The notes under the pieces are model-generated. The model was given only the letters and a program-made list of their open reading frames with translations. It was not told where the DNA came from and did not search any database. DNA of 64,000 bases from an uncultured delta proteobacterium (GTDB lineage: Bacteria > Desulfobacterota > BSN033 > UBA1163): the NCBI GenBank assembly GCA_963828805.1, contig CAWHGS010000019.1, positions 7,089 to 71,088 on the forward strand, read 5' to 3'. Within the stretch, counting starts at the first letter, position 1; each line of letters begins with the position of its first letter. This document shows, piece after piece, positions 1-9,969 of the stretch. The translations under genes and the position numbers were made by a program.

Positions 1-14
1 GAGAGTGTTGAATC

Positions 15-1022
15 ATGCGCTTACCCCGGTTTGATTATTTTGAGCCCAAGTCTCTGTCAGAGACATTAACGCTGCTCTCAACCCATGCAGACGGAGTGGT
101 AAAGGCAGGCGGAACAGATCTTCTTCCAAGATTGAAATGGAAATTGGTTGAGCCAACATGCCTCATCAACCTGAAAGGGTTGTCGGATCTCGATTTTATA
201 CGAAGAGACGATCAGGGCAACCTTTCCATCGGCGCCATAACACCGCTGTCGAAAATCGAAACCTCGCCCCTGGTCCGAAGGTATTTTGGAGCGTTGGCAG
301 AGGCGCTATCTCACCTTGGATCTCCGGAAGTACGCCACATGGGGACGTTAGGAGGCAATGCCTGTTTGGATACGAGGTGCCAGTACTACAATCAGTCCCC
401 CCTCTTCCGAAAAGGGGCGGAGCCTTGCCTTAAGGTCGGTGGGGCAAAATGCTATGTCTCCAGAAAAGGAAATCAGTGCCATGCCCTTTTCTGCGCGGAC
501 ACCGTCCCCCTGCTCATCGCCTCAGACGCAAAGCTGATCATTGCATCCTCACGAGGCGAACGGTCTGTCTCTCTTCAGGATTTCTATACAGGGGATGGGA
601 AAACCCCTTTTCACCTATCGCAAAATGAGCTCGTCGTTGAGGTGCAGATACCCAAAAGGGTGGAAGGGACACAGGCCTTCTATCTTAAATACCGTTTTCG
701 AGATGCCGTCGATTTTCCACTCGTCGGGGTCGCTCTTTCGGGAGTGAAGGGCCAGGACATTGGCTTCAAAGAGATAAGGGTGGTTGCCGGAGGCGCAACC
801 CCGGCGCCGGTTCGATGTTTAAAGGCTGAGGAGATCTTAAAAAACGAAAAGATCACCGATCCCGTTCTGGAAGAGGCCGGGGAAGTCGCCGCGAAGGAGG
901 TGCCGATTGTCTCCAGCAGTCTCTGTCCGGTTTCCTATAGAAAGACCCTGGTCAAGCAGTTGGTGATCCGTGGAGCCCGAATGTTTTCAGGCCAGGCGAG
1001 AGGAGGCCTTCAGAGTGATTAA
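15..1022 (+). CDS. FAD-binding (medium) subunit of a molybdenum hydroxylase, HcrB-like with extra 4-Cys Fe-S loop
   Basis: 335-aa ORF with an AGGTDLLPRLK FAD_binding_5-type motif. After LGGN comes C122-x15-C138-x7-C146-x8-C155. It is followed directly by the 2Fe-2S and Mo subunit genes. Confidence 0.85.
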   Translation: MRLPRFDYFEPKSLSETLTLLSTHADGVVKAGGTDLLPRLKWKLVEPTCLINLKGLSDLDFIRRDDQGNLSIGAITPLSKIETSPLVRRYFGALAEALSHLGSPEVRHMGTLGGNACLDTRCQYYNQSPLFRKGAEPCLKVGGAKCYVSRKGNQCHALFCADTVPLLIASDAKLIIASSRGERSVSLQDFYTGDGKTPFHLSQNELVVEVQIPKRVEGTQAFYLKYRFRDAVDFPLVGVALSGVKGQDIGFKEIRVVAGGATPAPVRCLKAEEILKNEKITDPVLEEAGEVAAKEVPIVSSSLCPVSYRKTLVKQLVIRGARMFSGQARGGLQSD

Positions 1023-1503
1023 AAGCCTGATCGAATTGTCTGTCAATGGAGATCGCTACGAGGTTGCCGTTCAATCTCATTGGACCCTTCTGGAGGTCCT
1101 CAGAGGCGAGCTGGGGCTTACGGGCACAAAGGAGGCTTGCGACATGGGGACCTGCGGGGCCTGTACCGTCCTGATGGATGGAAAGCCCGTCCTGTCTTGC
1201 CTGATCCTCGCCGTCGAAGCCCAGGGGAAACAGATTACCACCATTGAAGGAATGAGAGCGAAGGATGGAAAGCTTCACGCCCTCCAGGAGGCCTTCTTAA
1301 ACTTCGGGGCAGTTCAATGCGGATTCTGTACTCCCGGAATGATCCTGGCCGGCAAGGCCCTCCTTGACGAAAATGAGAGCCCCTCCGAACGTGAAATCAG
1401 GAAGGCCCTCGCCGGCCACTTTTGCAGGTGCACAGGATATGTAAAAATAGTCGAGGCCGTTCGCTCAGTCGCATCAGGAAAAAGGAGCATGACGAATGAA
1501 TGA
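1015..1503 (+). CDS. [2Fe-2S]-binding small subunit of molybdenum hydroxylase (CoxS/HcrC-like)
   Basis: ORF 970-1503. Likely GTG start at 1015, with AGGAGG at 1001-1006 and a GTGATTAA overlap with the upstream stop. Motifs CDMGTCGACTV, CGFCTPG and CRCTGY. Confidence 0.9.
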   Translation: MIKSLIELSVNGDRYEVAVQSHWTLLEVLRGELGLTGTKEACDMGTCGACTVLMDGKPVLSCLILAVEAQGKQITTIEGMRAKDGKLHALQEAFLNFGAVQCGFCTPGMILAGKALLDENESPSEREIRKALAGHFCRCTGYVKIVEAVRSVASGKRSMTNE

Positions 1504-3877
1504 CGACTGGTTATCCGTTGTCGGAAAGCGTCTGCCTCGAGTGGATGGGCTTTCCAAAGTGACCGGAGAAGCAATATACGATTCTGATTTTCAGATTCCG
1601 GGCATGCTTCACGGCGGGGTTCTCCGGAGCCCTTACCCCCATGCCAGGATCCTCCATATTGACACCGGCGGGGCGGAAAAACTTGCAGGGGTAAAAGCGG
1701 TCATCACGGCCAAGGATACCCCCCGGGTCCCCTACGGGGTTCTGGTCTACGATGAGCAGATCCTGGCTACCGATAAAGTGAGATATATCGGAGATGAGGT
1801 CGCAGCAGTAGCAGCGATAGACGAGGATACGGTAGAAGAGGCCCTCGATCGGATCCGCGTCGATTACGAGATACTCCCTGCCGTTTTTGACCCTGAAAAG
1901 GCCCTGGAACCCGGCGCACCCGTGATCCATCTGGAAAGCTCCTCGAACCTTGCAGCCCACTTTCATGTCGAGCGGGGAGATGTGGAGTCCGGTTTCCGGA
2001 AGGCTGATGTCGTTTTGGAAAAGAGGTTCTTCACCCCCTGTGTCAGTCAGGCCATCCTTGGGACGACAGGGTGTGTAGCCAGCTTTGACGCGAGCGGGAG
2101 GCTCACCCTCTGGCTTTCTTCGATGGATATGTTCGCCCATCGAAAAGGGCTTGCCCGGGCCCTCCAGATGGCTGAGGGAAGAATCAACCTCATTCGAAAG
2201 TACTGTGGCGGGGCCTTCGGATCGAAGAACTCGATGGAACCCATCTATCCCATCTGTGCCTGCCTGGCGAAGAAGGCCGGTAAACCCGTTCGGCTCTACA
2301 AGAATCGTGAAGAAGAGTTCATCTCGGGCCGCCCCAGACCGTCTTCCATCATCGACTGCAAAGCCGGGATCAGGCGGGATGGAACCCTCACTGCCCGGCA
2401 AACGAAGATCGTCATGGACGCAGGGGGCTACGCCAATCTTGCTCCCCTGCTCGTCACAACTCTGGGGAACCGCGGGGATAATCTTTATCAGATTGAGAAC
2501 ATTAAAACGGATGGGCAGGCGGTCTATACGAATAATATTCCCGGAGGGGCCTATCGTGGATTCGGAAGTCCGCAGAGTCTATTTGTTTTCAACTCGATGA
2601 TAGACATGCTTGCGGAGGCCATCGGGATGGATCCGCTGGAAGTGCAGCTCAAGAACTGTGTCCGCCCCGGAGCCATTTCTCCCCATGGCTGGAAGATTGG
2701 AAGCTGTGGGATCAGGGAGTGCCTTGAAAAGGTGGCCCAGGAAACCCGTTGGGGAGAACGCCGGATTCACAAGATACAGGCAAGGGGGATGGGCATCGCC
2801 TGCCAGATCCATCCCTGCGACATGAGGTATTGGAAGGGCTTCATGGAATCGGTCGTCTACGTTAAGGTTCTTGAGGATGGCAGGGTGCTGATCAACACCG
2901 GAGAACACGAATACGGACAGGGCCATGAAACGGTGGTGGCCCAGATCGTGGCCGAGGTCCTTGGAGTAACTTTAGAAGACGTCCGCGTGCTCGAAGGCAG
3001 CACGGACACATCCCCGTACAGTATCGGGCCCGTCGCATCCAGGTTGACGATCAGCGGAGGGATGGCCGCGAAGTTAGCCGCCGAGGATGCAAAGGTTCAG
3101 TTGTTGAAACAGGCAGCCGAGATGATGGAGACAGGGACGAAGGATCTGGCCGTTCAGGGAGGCAGAATCTTTCTCAAGAAATCTCCCGATCGATTTCTGA
3201 CGATCGGCGAGGTGGCCCATGCGCGCCAGCATCGAGCCGGAGGATCGGAGATCGTGGGCAAGGGGGTCGATAAACGGGACACCGATTTTGTCTATGTCTG
3301 CCCGCCTCCGGGTGAGGATCAGAAGCGGCCTGTCCAGACCTTTGCCCATTACGGAAACCCAAGCACGGCCTACTTTTTTTCAGCCCAGGTGGTCGAAGTC
3401 GAGGTGGATACCGAGACGGGAAGGGTCAAGGTCCTCCGTCTCGTTCAGGCCGATGATCTTGGAAAGGCCATCAACCCCATGATGGCCGAGGGACAAACAG
3501 AAGGAGGGACGACCCAGGGATTGGGGTTTTCACTCACAGAGGAGATGCTTGGCGATGCCCATGGCAGGATTCTAAACGCAAACCTGCTCGACTACCGGAC
3601 CTTTACGGCCATGGATGTTCCGGAGATCAGAACCATCCATGTGGAGTCAATGGAACCTCGCGGACCCTTCGGCGCCAAGGGCCTCGGGGAATCTTCCCAG
3701 AACTGCTCCGGGGGCGCAATGGCGAATGCCATTTACGATGCCATTGGCGTGAGAATCACCAGCCTCCCGATCACGCCGGAAAAGATTCTGAAGGCCCTCA
3801 AAGAAAAATCAACCCATTCGACTCCCCGGTCTGAAGCCCGGGGTATGCTCAGGGTTGATACTGAGCGGCGCTTTTAA
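1496..3877 (+). CDS. molybdopterin-binding large subunit, xanthine dehydrogenase/aldehyde oxidase family (HcrA/CoxL-like)
   Basis: 793-aa intact ORF with an ATGAATGA overlap with the small-subunit stop. N-terminal VTGEAIYDSDF hammerhead-type start, GGAFGSK, and C-terminal GPFGAKGLGES motif. Confidence 0.9.
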   Translation: MNDDWLSVVGKRLPRVDGLSKVTGEAIYDSDFQIPGMLHGGVLRSPYPHARILHIDTGGAEKLAGVKAVITAKDTPRVPYGVLVYDEQILATDKVRYIGDEVAAVAAIDEDTVEEALDRIRVDYEILPAVFDPEKALEPGAPVIHLESSSNLAAHFHVERGDVESGFRKADVVLEKRFFTPCVSQAILGTTGCVASFDASGRLTLWLSSMDMFAHRKGLARALQMAEGRINLIRKYCGGAFGSKNSMEPIYPICACLAKKAGKPVRLYKNREEEFISGRPRPSSIIDCKAGIRRDGTLTARQTKIVMDAGGYANLAPLLVTTLGNRGDNLYQIENIKTDGQAVYTNNIPGGAYRGFGSPQSLFVFNSMIDMLAEAIGMDPLEVQLKNCVRPGAISPHGWKIGSCGIRECLEKVAQETRWGERRIHKIQARGMGIACQIHPCDMRYWKGFMESVVYVKVLEDGRVLINTGEHEYGQGHETVVAQIVAEVLGVTLEDVRVLEGSTDTSPYSIGPVASRLTISGGMAAKLAAEDAKVQLLKQAAEMMETGTKDLAVQGGRIFLKKSPDRFLTIGEVAHARQHRAGGSEIVGKGVDKRDTDFVYVCPPPGEDQKRPVQTFAHYGNPSTAYFFSAQVVEVEVDTETGRVKVLRLVQADDLGKAINPMMAEGQTEGGTTQGLGFSLTEEMLGDAHGRILNANLLDYRTFTAMDVPEIRTIHVESMEPRGPFGAKGLGESSQNCSGGAMANAIYDAIGVRITSLPITPEKILKALKEKSTHSTPRSEARGMLRVDTERRF

Positions 3878-3948
3878 CCCCGATTTAAAAATAGCGGGGT
3901 TTGGCGCCGTCGAACGTATCAGAAGGCAATTCCTGAGGAGATACGGCG

Positions 3949-4986
3949 ATGAAAAAGATTGACATCGAAGCCCACTTCTTTACGAAAGAGTATGAAGAGG
4001 CGATGCTCCGGAGAAAAGAGTTCCCGAAAATGGAGATGGGTGAGGATGAAAGACACCAGAGATTCGTCAAGTGGATGTTTCGGCCGGATTTGTGGGCCAA
4101 AAATCCCTTCAGCCTTCATCAGAGATTACTGGACCTGGGAGAGAATCGATTGCGGGAGATGGACGAGAACGGGATCGACGCCCAGGTGCTGAGCCTTCCA
4201 GCCATCGGCTGCGAACAACTCGAAGCCCAGGAGGCAACGATTCTCACCCGGAAGATCAACGACGAGCTCTCCAGGGTGATCAGGAAACATCCGGACCGGT
4301 TCATCGGTTTGGCCGAGATCGCTCCACAGGACCCGGAAAAGGCTGCGGATGAACTCGAACGGGCCGTCAAAGAACTGGGATTTAAAGGGGCAAAGGTAAA
4401 TTCAAATATCAGGGGAGAGTATCTCGATCAGAAGAAGTACTGGCCCATCTTTGAAAGGGCAGAAAGGCTCGATGTGCCGATTTCCCTTCACCCGAGCATT
4501 CCCTCGCCGCGCATGGTTGAGCCTTATGCGGATTATGGTTTCATGCTGGCCGGGCCTACACTGGGATTTATTGCCGAGACCTCTCTCCATGCCGTCCGCT
4601 TGATCTTGGGCGGTGTCTTCGATCAATACCCCGGACTAAAGATTATCTTAGGTCACATGGGTGAGGCCTTGCCCTTCTGGCTATCGCGGATCGATATCCT
4701 GTGGCAAAGCCAGGGTCTACAATCGGGACTCAGTCCCAAAATGAAGAGGAGACCGAGCGACTATGTGAAGGAGAATTTTATCTTCACAATCAGCGGGGTC
4801 TTTTTTCAACCTGCATTCATCTGCACCTATCTTGCTTTAGGAGCCGATCGGATTGCCTTTGCCGTAGACGCTCCTTTCGAAAGCTACAAGAAGGCGGTCG
4901 ACTTCATGGACTCACTCTCCATCTGCGATTCGGACAAAGAGAAAATATATCACTTGAACGCAGAGAAACTATTTAAGATAAGGTAA
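3949..4986 (+). CDS. amidohydrolase_2 family protein, ExH-type (gamma-resorcylate/LigW-like hydroxyaryl-acid decarboxylase candidate)
   Basis: 345-aa ORF. N-terminal KIDIEAHF (Glu-x-His rather than His-x-His), internal SLHP and GHMGE motifs typical of PF04909. Confidence 0.8.
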   Translation: MKKIDIEAHFFTKEYEEAMLRRKEFPKMEMGEDERHQRFVKWMFRPDLWAKNPFSLHQRLLDLGENRLREMDENGIDAQVLSLPAIGCEQLEAQEATILTRKINDELSRVIRKHPDRFIGLAEIAPQDPEKAADELERAVKELGFKGAKVNSNIRGEYLDQKKYWPIFERAERLDVPISLHPSIPSPRMVEPYADYGFMLAGPTLGFIAETSLHAVRLILGGVFDQYPGLKIILGHMGEALPFWLSRIDILWQSQGLQSGLSPKMKRRPSDYVKENFIFTISGVFFQPAFICTYLALGADRIAFAVDAPFESYKKAVDFMDSLSICDSDKEKIYHLNAEKLFKIR

Positions 4987-5063
4987 TAGAGACTGAGTCA
5001 TAAGCGAATAATCGGTTATCCTCAGGAAGTCTTTAATTGTGTCACTTCAGAGAGGGATTGGGC

Positions 5064-6870
5064 ATGGAGAATATTTTCGGGAAGATACTCAAAATAGACC
5101 TGACCACAAGAACGACCGAGACCATCCGGTTGGAGGAGGACCTCTATTTGAAATACTTGGGTGGCCGGGGACTTGGCAGTTATATCCTCTACCATTGGCT
5201 CAAAGAGGGAACCCAACCTCTCGATCCAGCCAACTGGATACTTTTTTCTGGTTGGTCCTGTCACGGGGACTCTGGTGCCAACTGCGATTAAATATGTCGT
5301 CATCACGAAATCTCCTCTGACAGGAGCCTGGCTTGATTCCTATTCAAGCGGCCGGATCGCCTGGGAAATCAAGAAGGCCGGTTGGGATGGCCTTGCCCTT
5401 ACCGGCAGGGCTTCCGAACCCCTCTTTATATCTATAGAAGATAACCGGGTCGAATTCCGGGATGCCTCTAAATTATGGGGAAAGGGATCCTTCGAAACCG
5501 AAAGTTACATGCTGAAGGAGACGAAGAATGCCGGCACACTGGTCGTTGGGCCTGCGGCCGAAAATGGAGTCAAATTTGCAGGGATCAGAAGCGATTTTTA
5601 CCGTTGTGCGGGGAGGGGCGGAGCGGGTACGGTACTGGCTTCGAAGAATGTCAAGGCGATTGCCATCAAAGGCACCGGGGATATTCAGTGCCACAACATG
5701 AGAGGCCTTGCTGGATAGGAGACGGCAGTTCATTGATAGGGCAAAAACCTCGCATTCGACACTGGCACTGAGGACCTACGGCACGGGAATGGCGATGAGC
5801 ATCACCAACGAAGCGGGGATGCTGCCCACAAAGAACTTTCAGCTGGGTGAATTTGAGCAGGCCTTGGGCTCTATTGACGGGGAGGCCGTCTTAATAAATA
5901 AGGCCCGGACTAAAGGCTGTCATAGCTGCATCATGCCTTGCGGTCATCTTACTAGGAACAAATCGGGGGATTTGATTAAATCTCCTGAATACGAGACATT
6001 AGCCCTATTGGGCTCGAACATCGGGATTGCTGATTTTAGCTTTGTAGCCGCGGCCAATCATCTCTGCGATGATCTGGGCATGGATACGATATCAACCGGA
6101 GGCGTGATTAGTTTTGCGATGGAATGTTTCGAGCGTGGAATCCTGACTAAAACCGATACCAATGGGTTGGATCTTACCTTTGGGAACAGGGATGCGGCAC
6201 TGTGCTTATTGAAGATATCGCCTATCGGAGGGGCTTGGGCCAAATTTTATCGGAAGGAGTGAGGGAGGCTGCCCGGCAGATAGGAGGCGAGTCATTTCGA
6301 TACGCGATGCACGTCAAAGGGATGGAGCTTCCCGGATACGACCCCCGGGGAGCCTTTGGGTCCTATCTCTCTTACTCGGTCAATCCCAGAGGAGGGTGTC
6401 ACCGGCGAGCCTGGCCGCCCAAGTTTGAGATCTTAGGGAATGTACCCCCGTATGAGTGGAAAGGAAAGGCAAGTCTGATTAAAGATATGTTCGACGAACG
6501 GATCATTCTGCACTGCTTGCTGGTATGCGATTTTCCCGCCAACTTCTTAAACATCACCCTTGAAGAGTACGTCTCCATGCTGAACGATGTTACGGGGGGC
6601 GGATTTACGCTTGAGGCGCTTCGCGGTCTTGCGGACCGGGTGGAAACCCAGATCCGTCTCTTTAATTGCCGGGAAGGTCTCACCAGGGAAGATGACACGT
6701 TGCCATTGCGCTTTTTCCGTGAACCTTTTCAGAAGGGAGCGCCCCAAGGCCGTGTCCTTGAGAGGCATGATTTCGAACGGATGCTGGAGGAGTACTATTC
6801 CCTTCGGGGTTGGAATAAAGACGGATCTCCCAAAAAAGAGACATTAGCCAATCTTGGAATCACGCCCTGA
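5064..6870 (+). pseudogene. aldehyde:ferredoxin oxidoreductase (tungsten AOR family), three frame breaks
   Basis: Four consecutive ORF pieces (5037-5291, 5161-5718, 5708-6262, 6202-6870) read as one AOR: MENIFGKILKIDL..., VGPVTGT...KSPLTG, RTYGTG, CHSCIMPC, GMDTISTG, GYDPRG. Breaks lie near 5240, 5705 and 6205. ATG at 5064 follows GAGGGA. Confidence 0.8.
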
Positions 6871-6993
6871 TAGCACGAGACTTCGCCGGCCTCCCTGTGT
6901 TCCTTGATCTTGTATCTTGGTTGTGAGACGAACGGGCGCCAATCCTTCCCCATACCCCTTTCCTTCTTATCACCTCTTTATGAATCGCAGGAA

Positions 6994-7728
6994 TTATTTA
7001 TATTCAAATACCTCGCCGGGTTTCCAGCGCACCACGATGACATGCGGTGCCCGAATCCTTGTCTCCTCAACAAGTCTGTTATAAGCCAGCTTCTGGTTTG
7101 GAAAGGTATCATAATGAATGGGAACAAGATACGTGGGGTGAAGGAGCGCGGCGGCATAAGCAGCCTCCCGATAACCCATATTATACTTTCCGCCGACGGG
7201 GACAATGGCAATTTCGGGACTGTAGAGGTCCCGTATGATTGCCATATCCCCGAAGACCCCCGTGTCGCCTCCGTAATAGATGGAAGGTCCTCCTTTGAAC
7301 TCGATCACATACCCGACCGATCCGGAGCCAGGCATCACGGTCTTGTCTTTCCTCCATTCTTCTCCCAGTATTTCGGAGGTATGAACGGCATTGACCATCG
7401 TTATCGTGAAGTGCTCAGCCTCCCAGCTCCCACCAATATTGAGAGGAGTTGTTCCTTCATCGTATTTCAGACCATATTTTTCGACATAGAATCCGATCTC
7501 GGGGCTACAGATAAAAACAGCACCGGTCTTTTTGACAATCTCAATGGAATCTCCGAGATGATCGTCGTGTCCATGGGTGACACAGACCGCATCAACCTTC
7601 TTAATCTTTTCCATTTTTATCGGACACGCCGGGTTATCCCGGATCCACGGGTCAAACAGGACGACGTTCCCGTGCGACTCCACCTTAACCGAGGCATGAC
7701 CCAACCAGGTAATTTTCGCCTTACTCAT
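6994..7728 (-). CDS. MBL-fold metal-dependent hydrolase (UPF0173-like)
   Basis: 244-aa ORF with ITWLGHASV...DPW...VCVTHGHDDHLGD motifs. Confidence 0.8.
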   Translation of the reverse strand: MSKAKITWLGHASVKVESHGNVVLFDPWIRDNPACPIKMEKIKKVDAVCVTHGHDDHLGDSIEIVKKTGAVFICSPEIGFYVEKYGLKYDEGTTPLNIGGSWEAEHFTITMVNAVHTSEILGEEWRKDKTVMPGSGSVGYVIEFKGGPSIYYGGDTGVFGDMAIIRDLYSPEIAIVPVGGKYNMGYREAAYAAALLHPTYLVPIHYDTFPNQKLAYNRLVEETRIRAPHVIVVRWKPGEVFEYK

Positions 7729-7850
7729 CTCTGACTCCCTCCTTTCCCTTTCTTCTCTTCGCCGGTGGCTTAGAAGGCAAGCTGATTTCCTGATCCTTCC
7801 TTCAGGACGGGCTAACCATACCTACCCACGCATTCAATGTCCCGTTGAGG

Positions 7851-8229
7851 TTAAACCTTATCAAAGTAAGTATGGGAGACGGTAAAACCAACGAAATTGT
7901 CCAGGCGGAGGGGACTGACAATTTCCAGAGCTTCCGTATCCTCTATGTAATCCACACCGTGCGGGACAGTTTGAAGGAACAACCCAAATGTCTCCGGGTC
8001 CCAAAACCTTCGGAGCATCCTTTCCTGTCCTGACCTTCATCTGGCCTTTGTGGATCAGAATCATCTGTTCCGGCTCATGGTGATGCATGTCGATGTGGAC
8101 GCCCTTTTTGGCCTTGATGTCGGTCAGCATGATCTTCTCGCCACTCATAATTCGAACTCTGATTTCCATTCCCGGCAAATAATAGACCCCTCGTTCGGGA
8201 AAATCTTCCCAGCGATGATAGTATCCCAT
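7851..8229 (-). CDS. cupin domain protein (one frame break near 7968)
   Basis: ORF 7861-8229 carries a cupin core (HHHEPEQMILIHKG...GPGDIWVVPSN). Removing one base near 7968 gives VPHGVDYIEDTEALEIVSPLRLDNFVGF...FDKV with a stop at 7851-7853. Confidence 0.65.
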
Positions 8230-8379
8230 TGCTTCTTGCTCCTTTCAATTGAATTTGCCTCTTCGGGATGCATTCCTTCGTCCCGTCGGTCTTTCTTGAG
8301 ACGATAAGCATGGAATGAATCTTGGAGAGATGTGATACCGGCGGGTTCGTTCATTACAGCTCTCATCGGAAGACACCGA

Positions 8380-9084
8380 CTATATTCCCAGAAAGCGATT
8401 TCGAACCTCCTGGTTTCCCTCTAACTCCTGTGGAGATGAAGAATAGACAACCCGACCTCGAGAGATCACATGGATATAGGCAGCGACCTTGAGGGCAAGG
8501 GGCATATTCTGTTCTACCAGCAGGATGGAAAACCCTTCTTCCTTCAATCGTAAAATGACATCGCCCACTGCACGCACCAAAACAGGGGCTAACCCCTCCG
8601 TAGGTTCATCCATCAGTAAGAGTTCCGGGTCTCCCATCATGGCCCGGGCAATCGCCAACATCTGCTGTTCTCCGCCACTCAAACTGCTGCTCGATTGATT
8701 TAAACGTTCCTGAAGTCTCGGGAAAAGCTCATAGATTCTCTCCAGAGTCCATTTCCCGGACTCCTTGAAAACGCCAATGGTCAGGCTTTCCCTCACAGAA
8801 AGCGACCGAAACATTCGCCTTCCTTGAGGCACTAACCCCATCCCCATCCTGACCCGGTCATAAGGACGAAGTGTTGTCACCTCTCTGTCTTTGAAGAATA
8901 TTTTCCCCATTTTTGGGCACGTAAAACCAATCGCTGTACGGATGAGGGTTGTCTTTCCCATCCCGTTTCGACCCAGCATGGCTGTGATCGCCCCTGCAGG
9001 AATATTCAGAGATATTCCCTGGAGGACATAGCTGTCTCCGTAATAGGTATGAACATCTTCCATCCTTAACATATCGCTGCTCAC
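8380..9084 (-). CDS. livF: ABC transporter ATP-binding protein, LivF type
   Basis: 234 aa with Walker A GRNGMGKTT, signature LSGGEQQM and Walker B LLLMDEP. It overlaps the livG stop. The substrate may not be branched-chain amino acids. Confidence 0.9.
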   Translation of the reverse strand: MSSDMLRMEDVHTYYGDSYVLQGISLNIPAGAITAMLGRNGMGKTTLIRTAIGFTCPKMGKIFFKDREVTTLRPYDRVRMGMGLVPQGRRMFRSLSVRESLTIGVFKESGKWTLERIYELFPRLQERLNQSSSSLSGGEQQMLAIARAMMGDPELLLMDEPTEGLAPVLVRAVGDVILRLKEEGFSILLVEQNMPLALKVAAYIHVISRGRVVYSSSPQELEGNQEVRNRFLGI

Positions 9085-9869
9085 CCGGTGCCGAGGTAGA
9101 CTTCTTGAACCGTTTTGTTCGATTGAATATCTTCTTTGTTCCCCTCGGCCAGTACCTTGCCGAAATTCAATACCGTTATGAAGTCAGTGAGTTCATAGGC
9201 CACATCCATGTCGTGCTCAATAATGAGAATGGTTATCGTCTTCTCTAATTTTTTTACCATGGAAACCATCATCGCCGATTCGGCGGGGGCGAGACCAGCC
9301 GTGGGTTCATCCAAGAGGAGGAGTCGAGGTTCTCCTAAGAGGGCCATGCCTATCTCGACCTGGCGCTGTTCGCCGTGGGAGAGGTTTTTAACGGCTACAT
9401 TGCGTTTTTCGACCATGCCCACCCTTTCCAGAATGTCATCCGCCTTACGGTAGAGCTGACGGTATTTCAAAACGGATCGAAGCATGACAAACTTGGTTTT
9501 TTCTAAGGCCTGTGCCGCCAGGATAAGATTCTGAAGCACTGTTAGTTTGGGAAAGAGATTCGTGATTTGAAATGTTCTGGATACACCGAGATAGGCGCGG
9601 TGGTGGGCAGGAAGACGGGTAATGTCCTTTCCGAACAACGAAATCTTTCCGCTTGTAGGTAACAGCTCGCCACTGATGAGATTGAAGAAGGTGGTCTTCC
9701 CTGCGCCATTGGGGCCGATGATTCCTCTTCGTTCTCCCTCTCTCACCGTAAGATTTACCTGACTTAAAGCATCCAGACCACCAAACTTTTTAGAGAGATC
9801 CTCGACAACCAAGCAAACCTGATCTTCGCTGGCCCATTTTGAGTTTGGATCTTTTCTCTTTTCCATCAT
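9081..9869 (-). CDS. livG: ABC transporter ATP-binding protein, LivG type
   Basis: 262 aa with GPNGAGKTT, the SRTFQ motif, LSHGEQRQ and LLLLDEPTAGL. Confidence 0.9.
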   Translation of the reverse strand: MMEKRKDPNSKWASEDQVCLVVEDLSKKFGGLDALSQVNLTVREGERRGIIGPNGAGKTTFFNLISGELLPTSGKISLFGKDITRLPAHHRAYLGVSRTFQITNLFPKLTVLQNLILAAQALEKTKFVMLRSVLKYRQLYRKADDILERVGMVEKRNVAVKNLSHGEQRQVEIGMALLGEPRLLLLDEPTAGLAPAESAMMVSMVKKLEKTITILIIEHDMDVAYELTDFITVLNFGKVLAEGNKEDIQSNKTVQEVYLGTG

Positions 9870-9904
9870 CTGGGTCTATTCGCATCCATAAATAGGATAA
9901 ATGG

Positions 9905-9941
9905 GGTTGAGATGAAAAGGCTGCTCCTTTCCATCTCAACC
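9905..9941 (-). promoter_or_regulatory. intercistronic stem-loop between SBP gene and livG
   Basis: GGTTGAGATGAAAAGG / CCTTTCCATCTCAACC arms (15 of 16 paired) with a 5-nt loop, in the 100-bp gap after the SBP stop. Confidence 0.5.
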
Positions 9942-9969
9942 TCCCTCTTGCCCGTTATTTCCCCTTTCG

